From NCBI GenBank assembly GCA_964508365.1, contig CAZDTP010000002.1, positions 92,434-156,433 on the forward strand: a DNA stretch of 64,000 nt. Direction: 5' to 3'. The DNA comes from an uncultured archaeon (GTDB taxonomy: Archaea > Asgardarchaeota > Lokiarchaeia > Sigyniarchaeales > SOKP01). Positions 17,621 through 27,956 of this stretch are shown here, piece by piece (position 1 is the stretch's first letter; every line of letters starts with the position of its first letter). The notes below the pieces were generated by a model that was not told where the DNA came from, did no database searches, and worked only from the letters and a program-made list of their open reading frames with translations. A program made the translations under genes and the position numbers.

Positions 17621-19345
17621 CTATTTTAACTTTCTTTTTATTTTTCTTTGTGGTTCCTTAGAGGGTGGTTCAACTTCTTGTGCTTCAACTTTCTCAATTT
17701 CTTCTTCTACGTCTTTTTTTCTTGAAGGAATTGGCTTTAGTTTTTTTGCAGGTTTTTGTGGAGCTGATTTTTTAGAAGGTGTTTCTTTCAAATCAACAGA
17801 TTTAGTTTTAAATTTCTTGTATAATATACCCACTCCTGCTAACACGCCAAGTATAATTCCAATGAAAAAACTAATCCAAGGCAGAATAGGTGATAATAAA
17901 TCAGGCAGTATATTGATTTCTTGGGGTGCTAAGCCAAAATCTGAATTAAGGTATGTTGTAGCGTCATCAATATCAGTTACGGAGATGTAAGCATACCAAA
18001 TACCAGTGATTAGTTCCTCAGTACGAATTGTTATACTCATACCAGGCGTATAAGCTCTTGTAATATTATACCAATTGTATTCAGCGTCTAATAGTGCTAC
18101 TGTAATATAAGCAATTGTGTCTTCAACATCGATAACATCAAACCTAAAAATTAAATCTTTACCATAATTCACAGTTATACTTTGGTTCATGCTCAATCCG
18201 TTTACAGAATAGCTTAAAATATTGGGAGGATTATTTTTAATGGTTATAGATGTAATATAGGAGCCTATTCCATCATATTGGTCTTCAACTTCGATATGTA
18301 TCTGATATATGCCTACGGGTTTGTCAGTAGCTACCGAAAAAGTGGTTGAGAAAGTCCAGTTATCATGGTTTGTTAATTCAATTGGAGCTAACATTTCCCC
18401 AGTAGATGTTTGGATTACCATGGAAACGGTTAGATTTTCGGGAAGTGTATTTAGATCTTGGTCTGTTGCATTTAATATTACTCTGCAATCTTCTGCTCTT
18501 TTTAAGGGATCTTTAGAAAATTTAACTGAAGGCACTGAAATTTCAGGTAAAGTATTCAAAACTCTAAAAGGTAGATACGCAGCTTCTATAGTTCCGTTTG
18601 TAACATCAGTCATGTTAAGTTTAATATAATAGATTTTATTTGAGAATTCAAATCTATCATCAATGAGAATAGAGGTTTGGAAAAGGTTATTACCAATGTC
18701 AAATAGATTGTTTTGTAAAGTCTCGTTATCATTGTCAACTATCGACACATTCCAATTAAAAACATACGGTTGAGGGCAATTACATACAACAAATTCAGCA
18801 TAAAGCGTATCACCCTTATTATATTCTGATTTGTTAAGGGATATGAAATAATTAGTCGTAATTGTAAAGTTAGTTATTGGGATTGAGGAACTAAGAAGAT
18901 AATTTGATACATCATATATTAGAAAGCTTACATTTTGAAACCCTAATGGAGCGTTATATTCCGGTTTAAAAGTATAAGTAAAATTTTCAGTTGCAGGAAC
19001 ATTTGTCATATTAAAATCTCCTATTAATCCGTTTGAATAATGAATCTGCATGATAGTATAATCAGGGTTAGCAAAATTTGAAGCGTTTATGTTAAATTTA
19101 ACAGATTCGAATAATCTATAAATTATCGATGCGTTTTGTGACACAGACGAGTAATCTAAAGGAGGTTTCCCGTTTGCAGCGGTTTTCACTTCAGGATCGT
19201 TCTTAAAATCTACTAAAAATTTATCGTTGTCTAATGTTGTGATGTTGCCTACATTAAATGAAATAGCCCAGATACTCAGAATTATTGAGAATAGAGCAAG
19301 AGCAAATATTATATTTTTAAAAAATCGCTTTCGTTTAATCATCAT
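17621..19345 (-). CDS. Membrane-anchored extracellular protein with Ig-like repeats and charged cytoplasmic tail
   Basis: N-terminal hydrophobic segment, Asn/Thr-rich beta repeats (NTLPEI, NNPPNI), C-terminal TM (LPWISFFIGIILGVLAGVGILY), Lys/Glu/Pro-rich tail. Confidence 0.7.
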   Translation of the reverse strand: MMIKRKRFFKNIIFALALFSIILSIWAISFNVGNITTLDNDKFLVDFKNDPEVKTAANGKPPLDYSSVSQNASIIYRLFESVKFNINASNFANPDYTIMQIHYSNGLIGDFNMTNVPATENFTYTFKPEYNAPLGFQNVSFLIYDVSNYLLSSSIPITNFTITTNYFISLNKSEYNKGDTLYAEFVVCNCPQPYVFNWNVSIVDNDNETLQNNLFDIGNNLFQTSILIDDRFEFSNKIYYIKLNMTDVTNGTIEAAYLPFRVLNTLPEISVPSVKFSKDPLKRAEDCRVILNATDQDLNTLPENLTVSMVIQTSTGEMLAPIELTNHDNWTFSTTFSVATDKPVGIYQIHIEVEDQYDGIGSYITSITIKNNPPNILSYSVNGLSMNQSITVNYGKDLIFRFDVIDVEDTIAYITVALLDAEYNWYNITRAYTPGMSITIRTEELITGIWYAYISVTDIDDATTYLNSDFGLAPQEINILPDLLSPILPWISFFIGIILGVLAGVGILYKKFKTKSVDLKETPSKKSAPQKPAKKLKPIPSRKKDVEEEIEKVEAQEVEPPSKEPQRKIKRKLK

Positions 19346-19348
19346 TCA

Positions 19349-22123
19349 TCATCTTCTTAACATTTTATTCTTTATCTCTTTGTTTTTATATACTAGAATA
19401 ATGCATATAGGAATTAAAACCGGAAGAATATAAAATAGTACTAAATTGAATGACGAGAGTTCCATCTGTACTTCATAATAGTATTTTACAAGAGGCTTAT
19501 CCATACTATCTTTTATTTCAAAAGTATAAGATTTTTTTCCAAAGTCATAAGGATTTATGCTAGGAATTACTTCAGCTACAATTCTATTAATACCTGGTCC
19601 TAAACCTTTTAGATTTGTCTCAACTGGAATTCCGTTTACATAAAGTATAAATGGTTCTGAAACCTCGTGGTTATTCTGTATAATTAAAATAAACTGAGCT
19701 ACACTACCTTGCAAAATTGTTTCTGGAAAAGAAGCGCTTATAATTTCGAATTTCTTTATTATCTCTACATTAAATTGTTTACTATAAAAATTTGTATCTC
19801 CCTTTGAAATATTCATAGTGACTTTCACGATATGGGTTTCTGTATCTGTATAATCTAAATCGTAATAGACAGTTTTAATTTCCTTTTCGTATAAATGTAG
19901 TTCTTCTCTGAGAATTAAGGTATCTTCTTCGTAGAAACTGATATTCACTGTTTGGGTACTATTTGGAAGGAAGTTAATCAAAGTTAACGAAGCAAAAGCG
20001 CTCATCCCGTCAACTATGGTATTTTGATAAATAAAATTAGTATAATCGAATGAATGTCCTATATTTATCAATATTGATATTTCTAAAAAGGTGATATTAC
20101 CCGCTGCAAATATAAAATTAATAACATGAGGCCCGACAGCTGCACCGAGCGTAGTTGTAAGGTTAAATGTCACATTAGTTAAAACGAGAGTATTAAACGT
20201 AAGATCTTGAGTATCGTTAATTATGTCAATTCCCTCCATGGAAACCGTTAAATTAACATTTTGATTGCGTGTATTATTGATTGGGATTGTGATATTAACA
20301 ACAGGACCTTGATATAGCACAGATGGTAAACCTAGAATTGGCGAGTCTACTAAACCGGAGATTACATTAAATTGTTTCAATATATGAGACATTCCAAAAT
20401 TTGTTGAGTTTACATATATTTGAAGGTAATAACCTTGTCCTATTTCAAACGCGTCAGTGATATTATATAAAAAGGTCGTGGATGTGCTAGTAACTTGCTG
20501 TGATATGGTATTTAAAATCACATTTTCTGGATTTTTAAATAAATAACTAATAGAAGCGCTATCAATTTGATATTCAATCGTAAATGGTTCATACATTTTC
20601 GTAGTTATATTATAAAACTGATCAGTTTCTTTGTATGAGTAGATACTTGTAATGTTTAAAACATCCTGATTAAATATAAAATCAGGAATTTCACTGGTTA
20701 CATTATACTCAGATGTTAATTGAGTATTAGTATATATTTCGAAAGCATTTAAATAAGCTTCGCATAATTTAAGATTAGTATGGAAATTTTTATCATTATC
20801 AACGGGGTCAATTGATTCTCTATAGGAATTAACAGACGGATCATAAAAGGAACTTTCAAAAGTATTATATAATTGCCATGCTCTATCGTAGTAAGTTCGA
20901 TTTCCGGTATATTCAAAAAGTTTTAAACAAGCTGACATCATTAAGGAATTTGCTTCCAATTCTATAAATGTGGCATTTACTATAGGAATTCCACTCCAAG
21001 ATGAATCACGGTATTGTTCATAAGCTTTGAATCCTGAATCCCATAATGTATCAATTAAGTTAAATAGAATTGTAGCATTTTTGAAATAAGTAGAGTCGTT
21101 TTGCATTCCCGATTCTTTCCAATATTCTAACAATGTTATAATTCCCAAAGCATTAGTTTGTAAATATTTATATGTGCTTGCAGATTCTGAAGACCAATCG
21201 TTTTTACCGTAATACTCAAAACCACCGTCAGTATTATCCCATAATTTATCTAAAAGTTTATTCATAGTAATATTTGCTAGTTCAAATGCCCTATTCTTTA
21301 TATCAACATTTAAACTAAGTTGCTCGTAAATCCGATGAATTTCTAAGAAAGCTAAAACAGCGTACAAATTACTCTCTGCGTATTTGTTTGTAGTTGAATT
21401 GGTATTATAGAAACCGCCGTAAACATCGTCCCAGAATTGGGAAGAGTTAATTAAATTGAAGATTTCATCGATTGAATCTTTTGGGTAAACACTATTAATG
21501 TTTATGCTATTGATTTGGTCTCCGATATTTTCTAATAGCAAAAAAATGGGCATAAGATTATCAATCAAATATCGATCGTCGTCAAATATCTCACCAGTTG
21601 TGTTATCAACAGCTCTAACGAACCCATAACTATTTTGGTTAATACTGTCCTGATACCATAAAGGTGACTCTCGCAATTTTAAATATGTGTCGAAGGTTTC
21701 AAAAGCATCCGTATCGTCTTTTAATAAGGTCTTATATAAAAGCAAATTATCGACTGAATATATTTTGTCAAAACTTACAACTCCGAGATTATTTCCAAAT
21801 CTAAAGTAAGTATCCTTGTCCATATCCAGGTCAGATTTGTAATTTGTTCTAAAAAAATTCCAAATTTTACTAAAATTAACCGTATACGGATCCAGAAAAA
21901 TTTCTGGACCTGCTGCAATATTTAGGTTAGTTTCATCCGTAATGTCAAAATCTCGAGATAAATAATCTGTACTGTCGCTATAGTAGTCTCGATTTATATT
22001 ATAATCTAAATAAAAAGCATTAATTGTGAAGATAAAAATGAAAAAAATACATAAAACCAATTTAAACAAGTTATTTGCCTTTTTTCCTTTCAACTTAGAG
22101 GAAAAAATATTAATAAAAATCAT
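19349..22123 (-). CDS. Large membrane-anchored extracellular protein with six-hairpin glycosidase-like (GH76/AGE-like) domain and Ig-like domains
   Basis: Signal/TM, repeated FWDDVYGGFY, LWDNTDGGFE, LWDSGFKAY, FYDPSVNSY helical-hairpin motifs, C-terminal TM. Confidence 0.65.
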   Translation of the reverse strand: MIFINIFSSKLKGKKANNLFKLVLCIFFIFIFTINAFYLDYNINRDYYSDSTDYLSRDFDITDETNLNIAAGPEIFLDPYTVNFSKIWNFFRTNYKSDLDMDKDTYFRFGNNLGVVSFDKIYSVDNLLLYKTLLKDDTDAFETFDTYLKLRESPLWYQDSINQNSYGFVRAVDNTTGEIFDDDRYLIDNLMPIFLLLENIGDQINSININSVYPKDSIDEIFNLINSSQFWDDVYGGFYNTNSTTNKYAESNLYAVLAFLEIHRIYEQLSLNVDIKNRAFELANITMNKLLDKLWDNTDGGFEYYGKNDWSSESASTYKYLQTNALGIITLLEYWKESGMQNDSTYFKNATILFNLIDTLWDSGFKAYEQYRDSSWSGIPIVNATFIELEANSLMMSACLKLFEYTGNRTYYDRAWQLYNTFESSFYDPSVNSYRESIDPVDNDKNFHTNLKLCEAYLNAFEIYTNTQLTSEYNVTSEIPDFIFNQDVLNITSIYSYKETDQFYNITTKMYEPFTIEYQIDSASISYLFKNPENVILNTISQQVTSTSTTFLYNITDAFEIGQGYYLQIYVNSTNFGMSHILKQFNVISGLVDSPILGLPSVLYQGPVVNITIPINNTRNQNVNLTVSMEGIDIINDTQDLTFNTLVLTNVTFNLTTTLGAAVGPHVINFIFAAGNITFLEISILINIGHSFDYTNFIYQNTIVDGMSAFASLTLINFLPNSTQTVNISFYEEDTLILREELHLYEKEIKTVYYDLDYTDTETHIVKVTMNISKGDTNFYSKQFNVEIIKKFEIISASFPETILQGSVAQFILIIQNNHEVSEPFILYVNGIPVETNLKGLGPGINRIVAEVIPSINPYDFGKKSYTFEIKDSMDKPLVKYYYEVQMELSSFNLVLFYILPVLIPICIILVYKNKEIKNKMLRR

Positions 22124-22245
22124 GATAAATCTATTAGCTTAAAATTATTTTTTGATACGATATATTTTTTAGAAAAATGTTCTTCTCTTTAAAATTTTTT
22201 TCTGAAAAACTCGGTCGTTTTAAGATATATTAACTTTATTTTTTA

Positions 22246-23730
22246 TTAATTTTTATTGATATAGTCTAGTATCTCTGAAATTAGCACTCTCTTTTGTTCC
22301 ATAGTATCTCTATGTCTAATAGTTACGCTATTATCATCTAATGACTCGTAATCTATTGTTACGCAATATGGCGTTCCTAGCTCGTCTTGTCTCCTATACC
22401 TTTTTCCAATTGATCCCGCAGAGTCAAAATAAGAAGATATTCTATTGTCCAATAAGAGGCGATGTACTTTTTTCGCAAGATTGAAGATATTTTCCTTGTT
22501 TTTCACAAGCGGAAACACAGCAACAAGATTTGGAGCAAGATCTGGTTCAATTTTAAGATTAATCCTCTCACCCTCTATATTGAAATTAGATTCTAGGAGA
22601 GTATAAATAATTCTATCAGGTCCAAAAGCAATTTCAAGAATTTGAGGAATTTCTTTTAAATTTTGATCTGCACCCATTGGAATATTGAAATTTTGTTTTG
22701 AGAATTGTCCATGTCTTTTTAAATCGTAATCAGTTCTATCATGTATTCCACATATTTCAACCCATCCAAATTGCCTAGTGTCTATCTCTAAATCCCAAGC
22801 ATCATCTGCATAGTGAGCCATTTCTTGTGGAGAGTGTTGTCTTAATCTTATTACTTCATCTGGAAATCCCAATTTTGATGTAAGATAATAACCTAAAAAT
22901 AAGCAATAGGCGAAAGCGGGTTTCTTGAGCATCTTAATTTTTATTGCTTTTTTTAGAGAAATCCGATTAGGAACTAACACATTTTTTTCTTGAGTTTGCC
23001 AATCCAGCAAGGGAAGTTCTTCTTGACAAATTTCATTATAATCTTCGAAATTATATTCCTGCTCCTTTCCTATGAACAATTGAATTTCAAATTGATCAAA
23101 CGCTCTCATACGAAGTACCAATTGTCTTGGGGATATTTCATTTCTAAAGGCTTTCCCATATTGAAACACTTTAATAGGGTACTGTCTCCGTACGTCCTGG
23201 TTTAATCGATTAAACAATAAATAGGTTGTAGTTGCCGTTTCTGGGCGCAGATATGCGGTAGTTCCATTACCAACTGTAGTTTTAAGCATTAAATTATATT
23301 TTTCAATTTTTCCTAAATGAGTGTCGCATTTTGGACATTTTAATTTATGATTTAAGGCAATCTCCTCCATTTCCTCAAGATTTAATCCATCTATAGTTGT
23401 ATTGGGAAGTTGTTCACGAAGGAATTTATCAGCTCTGAGCATTGTTTCGCACTCCTGGCAACGAAAAACGGGATCAATAAATCGCTCCAAATGTCCCGAA
23501 GCTTCCCACACAATTTCGGGCAATATTTGTGGGCATTCAACTTCACTAAAACCGAAAGCTCTGAGTTCCAATCTGAACTTTGAAATAATGTTATTTTTCA
23601 ACGCTTTGCCAGCGGGTCCATAGGAATAAAATCCAGCTAAACCGCCATAAATTTCTGGAGAAGGCCCCCAAATAAAACCACGGCGCCGCAATAACGAATT
23701 AAAAGTTTCTATATTATCCTCTATCTTCAT
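22246..23730 (-). CDS. glyS: Glycyl-tRNA synthetase (class IIa, archaeal/eukaryal type)
   Basis: EIYGGLAGFYSYGPAG, LRPETA, GKAFRNEISPRQ, GWVEICGIHDRTDYDL, SIGKRYRRQDELGTP. Confidence 0.96.
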   Translation of the reverse strand: MKIEDNIETFNSLLRRRGFIWGPSPEIYGGLAGFYSYGPAGKALKNNIISKFRLELRAFGFSEVECPQILPEIVWEASGHLERFIDPVFRCQECETMLRADKFLREQLPNTTIDGLNLEEMEEIALNHKLKCPKCDTHLGKIEKYNLMLKTTVGNGTTAYLRPETATTTYLLFNRLNQDVRRQYPIKVFQYGKAFRNEISPRQLVLRMRAFDQFEIQLFIGKEQEYNFEDYNEICQEELPLLDWQTQEKNVLVPNRISLKKAIKIKMLKKPAFAYCLFLGYYLTSKLGFPDEVIRLRQHSPQEMAHYADDAWDLEIDTRQFGWVEICGIHDRTDYDLKRHGQFSKQNFNIPMGADQNLKEIPQILEIAFGPDRIIYTLLESNFNIEGERINLKIEPDLAPNLVAVFPLVKNKENIFNLAKKVHRLLLDNRISSYFDSAGSIGKRYRRQDELGTPYCVTIDYESLDDNSVTIRHRDTMEQKRVLISEILDYINKN

Positions 23731-23940
23731 TTATAATCAAACCCGTATTCTAATAGATATTAGAATAATTGATAATATTTGTATTTTAAGATTATTCCTC
23801 AAATTAATGAAATTATTCATTAATTAGTTTCAAATTTTATAAAATAAATTTTTATATAACTAAAAGATAGATAATATAATTATAATTTTTAGTTTTAAAT
23901 TCAAAATGATCACCCTATTAAAATTGGTGTTTTATAAATC

Positions 23941-24774
23941 ATGATTTTTCAAGATTATTTTCAATATTTTGACATATGGGATGCGATTGAGTCGGGTCTA
24001 TATTACGCGATAGTGGGCTTTTATTTTCTTATATTTGCATATTTCCTATTAATGAGATTTAGAACATCAAAGAAATACTATTGGCTTTATTTTTCGTTAT
24101 TATTCCTGTTCTTAGCGGCAGGAAGAGTATTTTTTATTGTGTACTATTTCTATGCACCTGAATTAGAAGGAACTATGTCTGGTTTAGAGTTAGTTGGATT
24201 AATGATGACGCTATATCGATTCGCTACATTTTTTACTTGGATGGGTATCGCGTGCTTGATGGGAGTTTTTGTAACGCTTATTCTTCCCCCGCACGCTGAA
24301 AATGGAACTTCAGAAACGGGGTTAAAGAAGTTCTTAAGAAAAAAAAATGTTAAAATAACGCTCAAAATTTGCTTAATTGTAATCCCGATAATTGTTGGAA
24401 TTTTGGCTTTAGTGTTATCAGATGCGCTATTTATGGATCCCGATTTAAAGGACAATTATGGTCTATCGATTCAATTAATTACAGTTTTTGGCTATCCTGC
24501 AGGTAGATTTGTTCTCAATATCATTTTGTTGCCTTTAATGGTGTTAGTTATTCCATTTCTCTTTGTTTATTTAGCATTAAAAACATTTGGTGTTTTGAGG
24601 CGATCTTACGCACTAAACGCTATAGGATTTTTCATATATTTTTCGGGTAGAGCTGCTCAAGGTCTGCTCGAAACCTTTGGATTTCCTCATGTTAGGGCAA
24701 TTCTACCACCGCTCTTAATATTACTATCTTTACTCATTATAGTAATTGCGAACAATTACGAACAGTTAAGGTAA
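23941..24774 (+). CDS. Seven-transmembrane hypothetical protein
   Basis: Seven hydrophobic segments counted by eye in the 277-aa translation; no retinal-binding Lys seen in the last helix. Confidence 0.65.
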   Translation: MIFQDYFQYFDIWDAIESGLYYAIVGFYFLIFAYFLLMRFRTSKKYYWLYFSLLFLFLAAGRVFFIVYYFYAPELEGTMSGLELVGLMMTLYRFATFFTWMGIACLMGVFVTLILPPHAENGTSETGLKKFLRKKNVKITLKICLIVIPIIVGILALVLSDALFMDPDLKDNYGLSIQLITVFGYPAGRFVLNIILLPLMVLVIPFLFVYLALKTFGVLRRSYALNAIGFFIYFSGRAAQGLLETFGFPHVRAILPPLLILLSLLIIVIANNYEQLR

Positions 24775-24896
24775 AACTTTTACATTTCTTTTTGTTTTTA
24801 AACATAATAAAAATATAAATAGAATTTTTAGTAATAATTAATTTGTTATTTTTAATAAGCACTAATTATCGAAATTAAATTTTAAAGGGCTGTTTT

Positions 24897-26534
24897 ATGT
24901 CAATCCATGGAAATCAATATATATTACCCTTATTTTACACCCATAGTTCTTTACCTCCTATTAAAGATTACGACGAATTAGCGTTATCTTTTTATTTATT
25001 AACGAAAAATTTGAAACAAAAAGAAAAAATTTTGTCATTCTCAAGGTTACTCTGGCCATTTCTTTGCGTTCAAGGAGTTATTAGCACACATATCATATTA
25101 GATGGATTGAATATTTTTTCGAAAAAAGGTAAACTATCTAATCCTCCAAGACAACCTTTAATTGGACATCTATTAAGAAACGTAGAAAATCGAACGAAAA
25201 CAGAACAGTTAAAAAAGATTATAGAAGTTTTACAGTATAAGGATAAGGAGGCAGAAGCAATAGGTGAAAGTGAAGAATCTGAATTTCAGAAACTAAAAAT
25301 TAATTCATTAACCAATCCAGAGTTCCTTCAAACCTTAGTTAAGTTGCTACCCCATATAGAATTTAAATCCATTGCAGAATATATGCCTTTAGAAACTAAT
25401 TTTACAACTGAACAAGCCTTAGAAATTGCAGATACTTATCGAAATACAATTGAGTATATGAAAGGGAATGCTTTAAGATGGGACACTCAGATTGAATTAA
25501 TAGGGAAGGAAGTAGATAAATGGTTAATTGACATAAATGTTCAATTAAAAGATATTACATCGCGTTTCTCATCCCAGATATCAAAAACATCGCAAACAAT
25601 TGACTCGAGTCAAATAAAAGAAAAAAATGCATTGGAGAGGGATCGGATTGATCAGTGGAAAGTTAATGAGAAAAGGAATGTAATAGAAAATATTTCAGTT
25701 TTATTTAAAACAGCAGAGAGAAATCTTGAAGAAATTATAAAAAAAAACAAAGCATTCACTCAAACTGATGTATTGAAGGGTAGGGTATTTAATGATCTAA
25801 TTGCTCCCTTCGAAAATCATTTCAAGTATTTGATAGAAGAGGGGAATAATTTTATACATTCAACCACATCACTTACAGAGAAATATATGGCGTTAAAGGA
25901 AAGAGCTCTGGAAATAGATGTTGAAGCAAAGAAAAAACTCGATGATTTTAGTTCTTCATTAGATTTGAAACTGCAAGACCGAGATAAAAATCTTTCTGCT
26001 TTTGAAGAAGAGAAAGAAATAAAGATTTCAGAAATAAAAACTTCACAAGAATCAATTGAAGCCCAATATTCACAGATAAAAAACATCATAAAAACTAAAA
26101 ATGGAACTTGTTTACAGGAGGCAAAAGATTTAATAACTTGGTCGTTAACTGATAACGAATCCGAACTATTTTCTCGACCAATTGTCTGGATCTACATGCC
26201 ATTATATGTAATGTTCATTGAAAACGAAGAAATACTTGAAGAAAAAATGGTTGCTGTATACCCAGGATTTATAACTGATGACCCAGATAACAGGTATAAA
26301 GAAATTTCTGGGGCAATGCTTAATTTAAAAGAAACGGTTAACGAGCGAATTGAAGAAAACATGGTTCTAAGATCTAATTTTGAGTTTTCAAGTGAAAATA
26401 GAAATTTACTTAAAGATAAAAGCCTCGCAAAAAAAATCCAACAAGGAATTTCAACCCTAAGAAGAACTATGGTATTGAGCGAACAAATGGAAAACGATTT
26501 AAGAAGTAAATTAGGTTTAATATTCACTCAATAG
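24897..26534 (+). CDS. Hypothetical long coiled-coil protein
   Basis: 545-aa ORF; central Glu/Lys-rich heptad-like region flanked by small globular segments. Confidence 0.7.
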   Translation: MSIHGNQYILPLFYTHSSLPPIKDYDELALSFYLLTKNLKQKEKILSFSRLLWPFLCVQGVISTHIILDGLNIFSKKGKLSNPPRQPLIGHLLRNVENRTKTEQLKKIIEVLQYKDKEAEAIGESEESEFQKLKINSLTNPEFLQTLVKLLPHIEFKSIAEYMPLETNFTTEQALEIADTYRNTIEYMKGNALRWDTQIELIGKEVDKWLIDINVQLKDITSRFSSQISKTSQTIDSSQIKEKNALERDRIDQWKVNEKRNVIENISVLFKTAERNLEEIIKKNKAFTQTDVLKGRVFNDLIAPFENHFKYLIEEGNNFIHSTTSLTEKYMALKERALEIDVEAKKKLDDFSSSLDLKLQDRDKNLSAFEEEKEIKISEIKTSQESIEAQYSQIKNIIKTKNGTCLQEAKDLITWSLTDNESELFSRPIVWIYMPLYVMFIENEEILEEKMVAVYPGFITDDPDNRYKEISGAMLNLKETVNERIEENMVLRSNFEFSSENRNLLKDKSLAKKIQQGISTLRRTMVLSEQMENDLRSKLGLIFTQ

Positions 26535-26551
26535 TATTCCTCCTAAAGAAA

Positions 26552-27220
26552 ATGCGTGGAAAAAAAATAGACATCAAGAAGAAATTTAACTTAAAAAAAA
26601 GAGCTTTAAGATCTTATTTTTTACACATTGAAAAGGATAGTGGAAAGGGCAAAATAACCGATCTACAAAAACAGATTCTTAATAATGGGATGGTTTATCT
26701 CCAGATGAGGTTACCTATAGAAAAAATTACTAAGGAATTTGAAAATACTTTAAAGGAGAAGATCGAGAAAAAAATTTATCGTTCGAATATTCGCGAAGCT
26801 GAACTCAAAGATCTCTCAATCATTACTGACATCTATAACAAATCATGGCTAACAAGTTCTACACCGTTTAGACCAATTCAAAGTGGAACCCTTAAAAAAA
26901 TTTTCACCGACCAAAATACCGTGTTTCTTATTGCAAATGTATATGGTACTGACGGAGGTTTTGTAATTTTAGATTTTGAAGGAGAAAATAATGAATACGG
27001 AGTAATTGCGGGTTTAGGGGTTTTACCAAGGTTTCAAGGGAAAGGTTTAGGGACTATTTTGGGAATGGCGGCGTGGAATTACTTTAAAGAGAAGGGTTTA
27101 AAAGAATTAAGATGTGAAGTATATAAAGATAATCAAAAATCCTTTAACTTCATTAAAGGATTAAATTTTGAAGAATTTGGACACATTGTCTACCGTAAAG
27201 AAGATTTTGTATTAGATTAA
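26552..27220 (+). CDS. GNAT family N-acetyltransferase
   Basis: GLGVLPRFQGKGLGT acetyl-CoA motif; EVYKDNQKSFNF. Confidence 0.9.
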   Translation: MRGKKIDIKKKFNLKKRALRSYFLHIEKDSGKGKITDLQKQILNNGMVYLQMRLPIEKITKEFENTLKEKIEKKIYRSNIREAELKDLSIITDIYNKSWLTSSTPFRPIQSGTLKKIFTDQNTVFLIANVYGTDGGFVILDFEGENNEYGVIAGLGVLPRFQGKGLGTILGMAAWNYFKEKGLKELRCEVYKDNQKSFNFIKGLNFEEFGHIVYRKEDFVLD

Positions 27221-27266
27221 AATCTTGTTATTTACTTAATCACAATAAAATTAGTTGAACAATTCA

Positions 27267-27896
27267 ATGTCAAACTCAAGATTAAGCTTAAAAAAAAGAA
27301 AAATACGCAGTTATTTCTTAAGTATTGATAAGAAGGATCAAAAAGAGGAAGAAGTCGGAGCACTAGAATATATCCAAATGAAATTACTAGTTTCAGATAT
27401 AACTCCTGAATTTGAGGAAAACCTTACAAAAAAAGTAAAAAACAATATGCTTAGAGCAAAGATCAGAGAAGCAAATGAAGAAGACCTCCCAAGTGTGAAA
27501 TACCTTTATGATCGATCTTGGTTAACTTCACAAACGCCGTTTTCGGCAATTTCAGTGAGTTCGTTGAAAACTATTTGGGAATATCCCGAATCGATAATAT
27601 TAATCGCAAAAGTCTATGGCTCTGATGCTGGGTTCGCTATACTCGATTTAGAAGGCGAAAATCGAGAATTTGGCGCAATTGCAGGCATGGGAATATTACC
27701 CCGTTTTCAAAGAAAGGGACTTGGAACCGTTATAGGTATGGCAGCATGGAACTATTTTAAAAGCAAAGGAGTACAGGAATTACGATGTGAAGTATATAAA
27801 GGAAATACAGTATCGTATCAGTTCATTAAATCTATTGGTTTCAAAGAATATGATATAAAAACATATAAGAGTGAAGATTTTTTCTCAGAATCATAA
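27267..27896 (+). CDS. GNAT family N-acetyltransferase (tandem paralog)
   Basis: GMGILPRFQRKGLGT; near-identical GMAAWNYFK.KG..ELRCEVYK to the upstream gene. Confidence 0.9.
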   Translation: MSNSRLSLKKRKIRSYFLSIDKKDQKEEEVGALEYIQMKLLVSDITPEFEENLTKKVKNNMLRAKIREANEEDLPSVKYLYDRSWLTSQTPFSAISVSSLKTIWEYPESIILIAKVYGSDAGFAILDLEGENREFGAIAGMGILPRFQRKGLGTVIGMAAWNYFKSKGVQELRCEVYKGNTVSYQFIKSIGFKEYDIKTYKSEDFFSES

Positions 27897-27956
27897 AAAA
27901 TAAATGATTCTACAATAAAAAGGCAATTTAAAACATTTTGAATAGGTGGGACTGTT

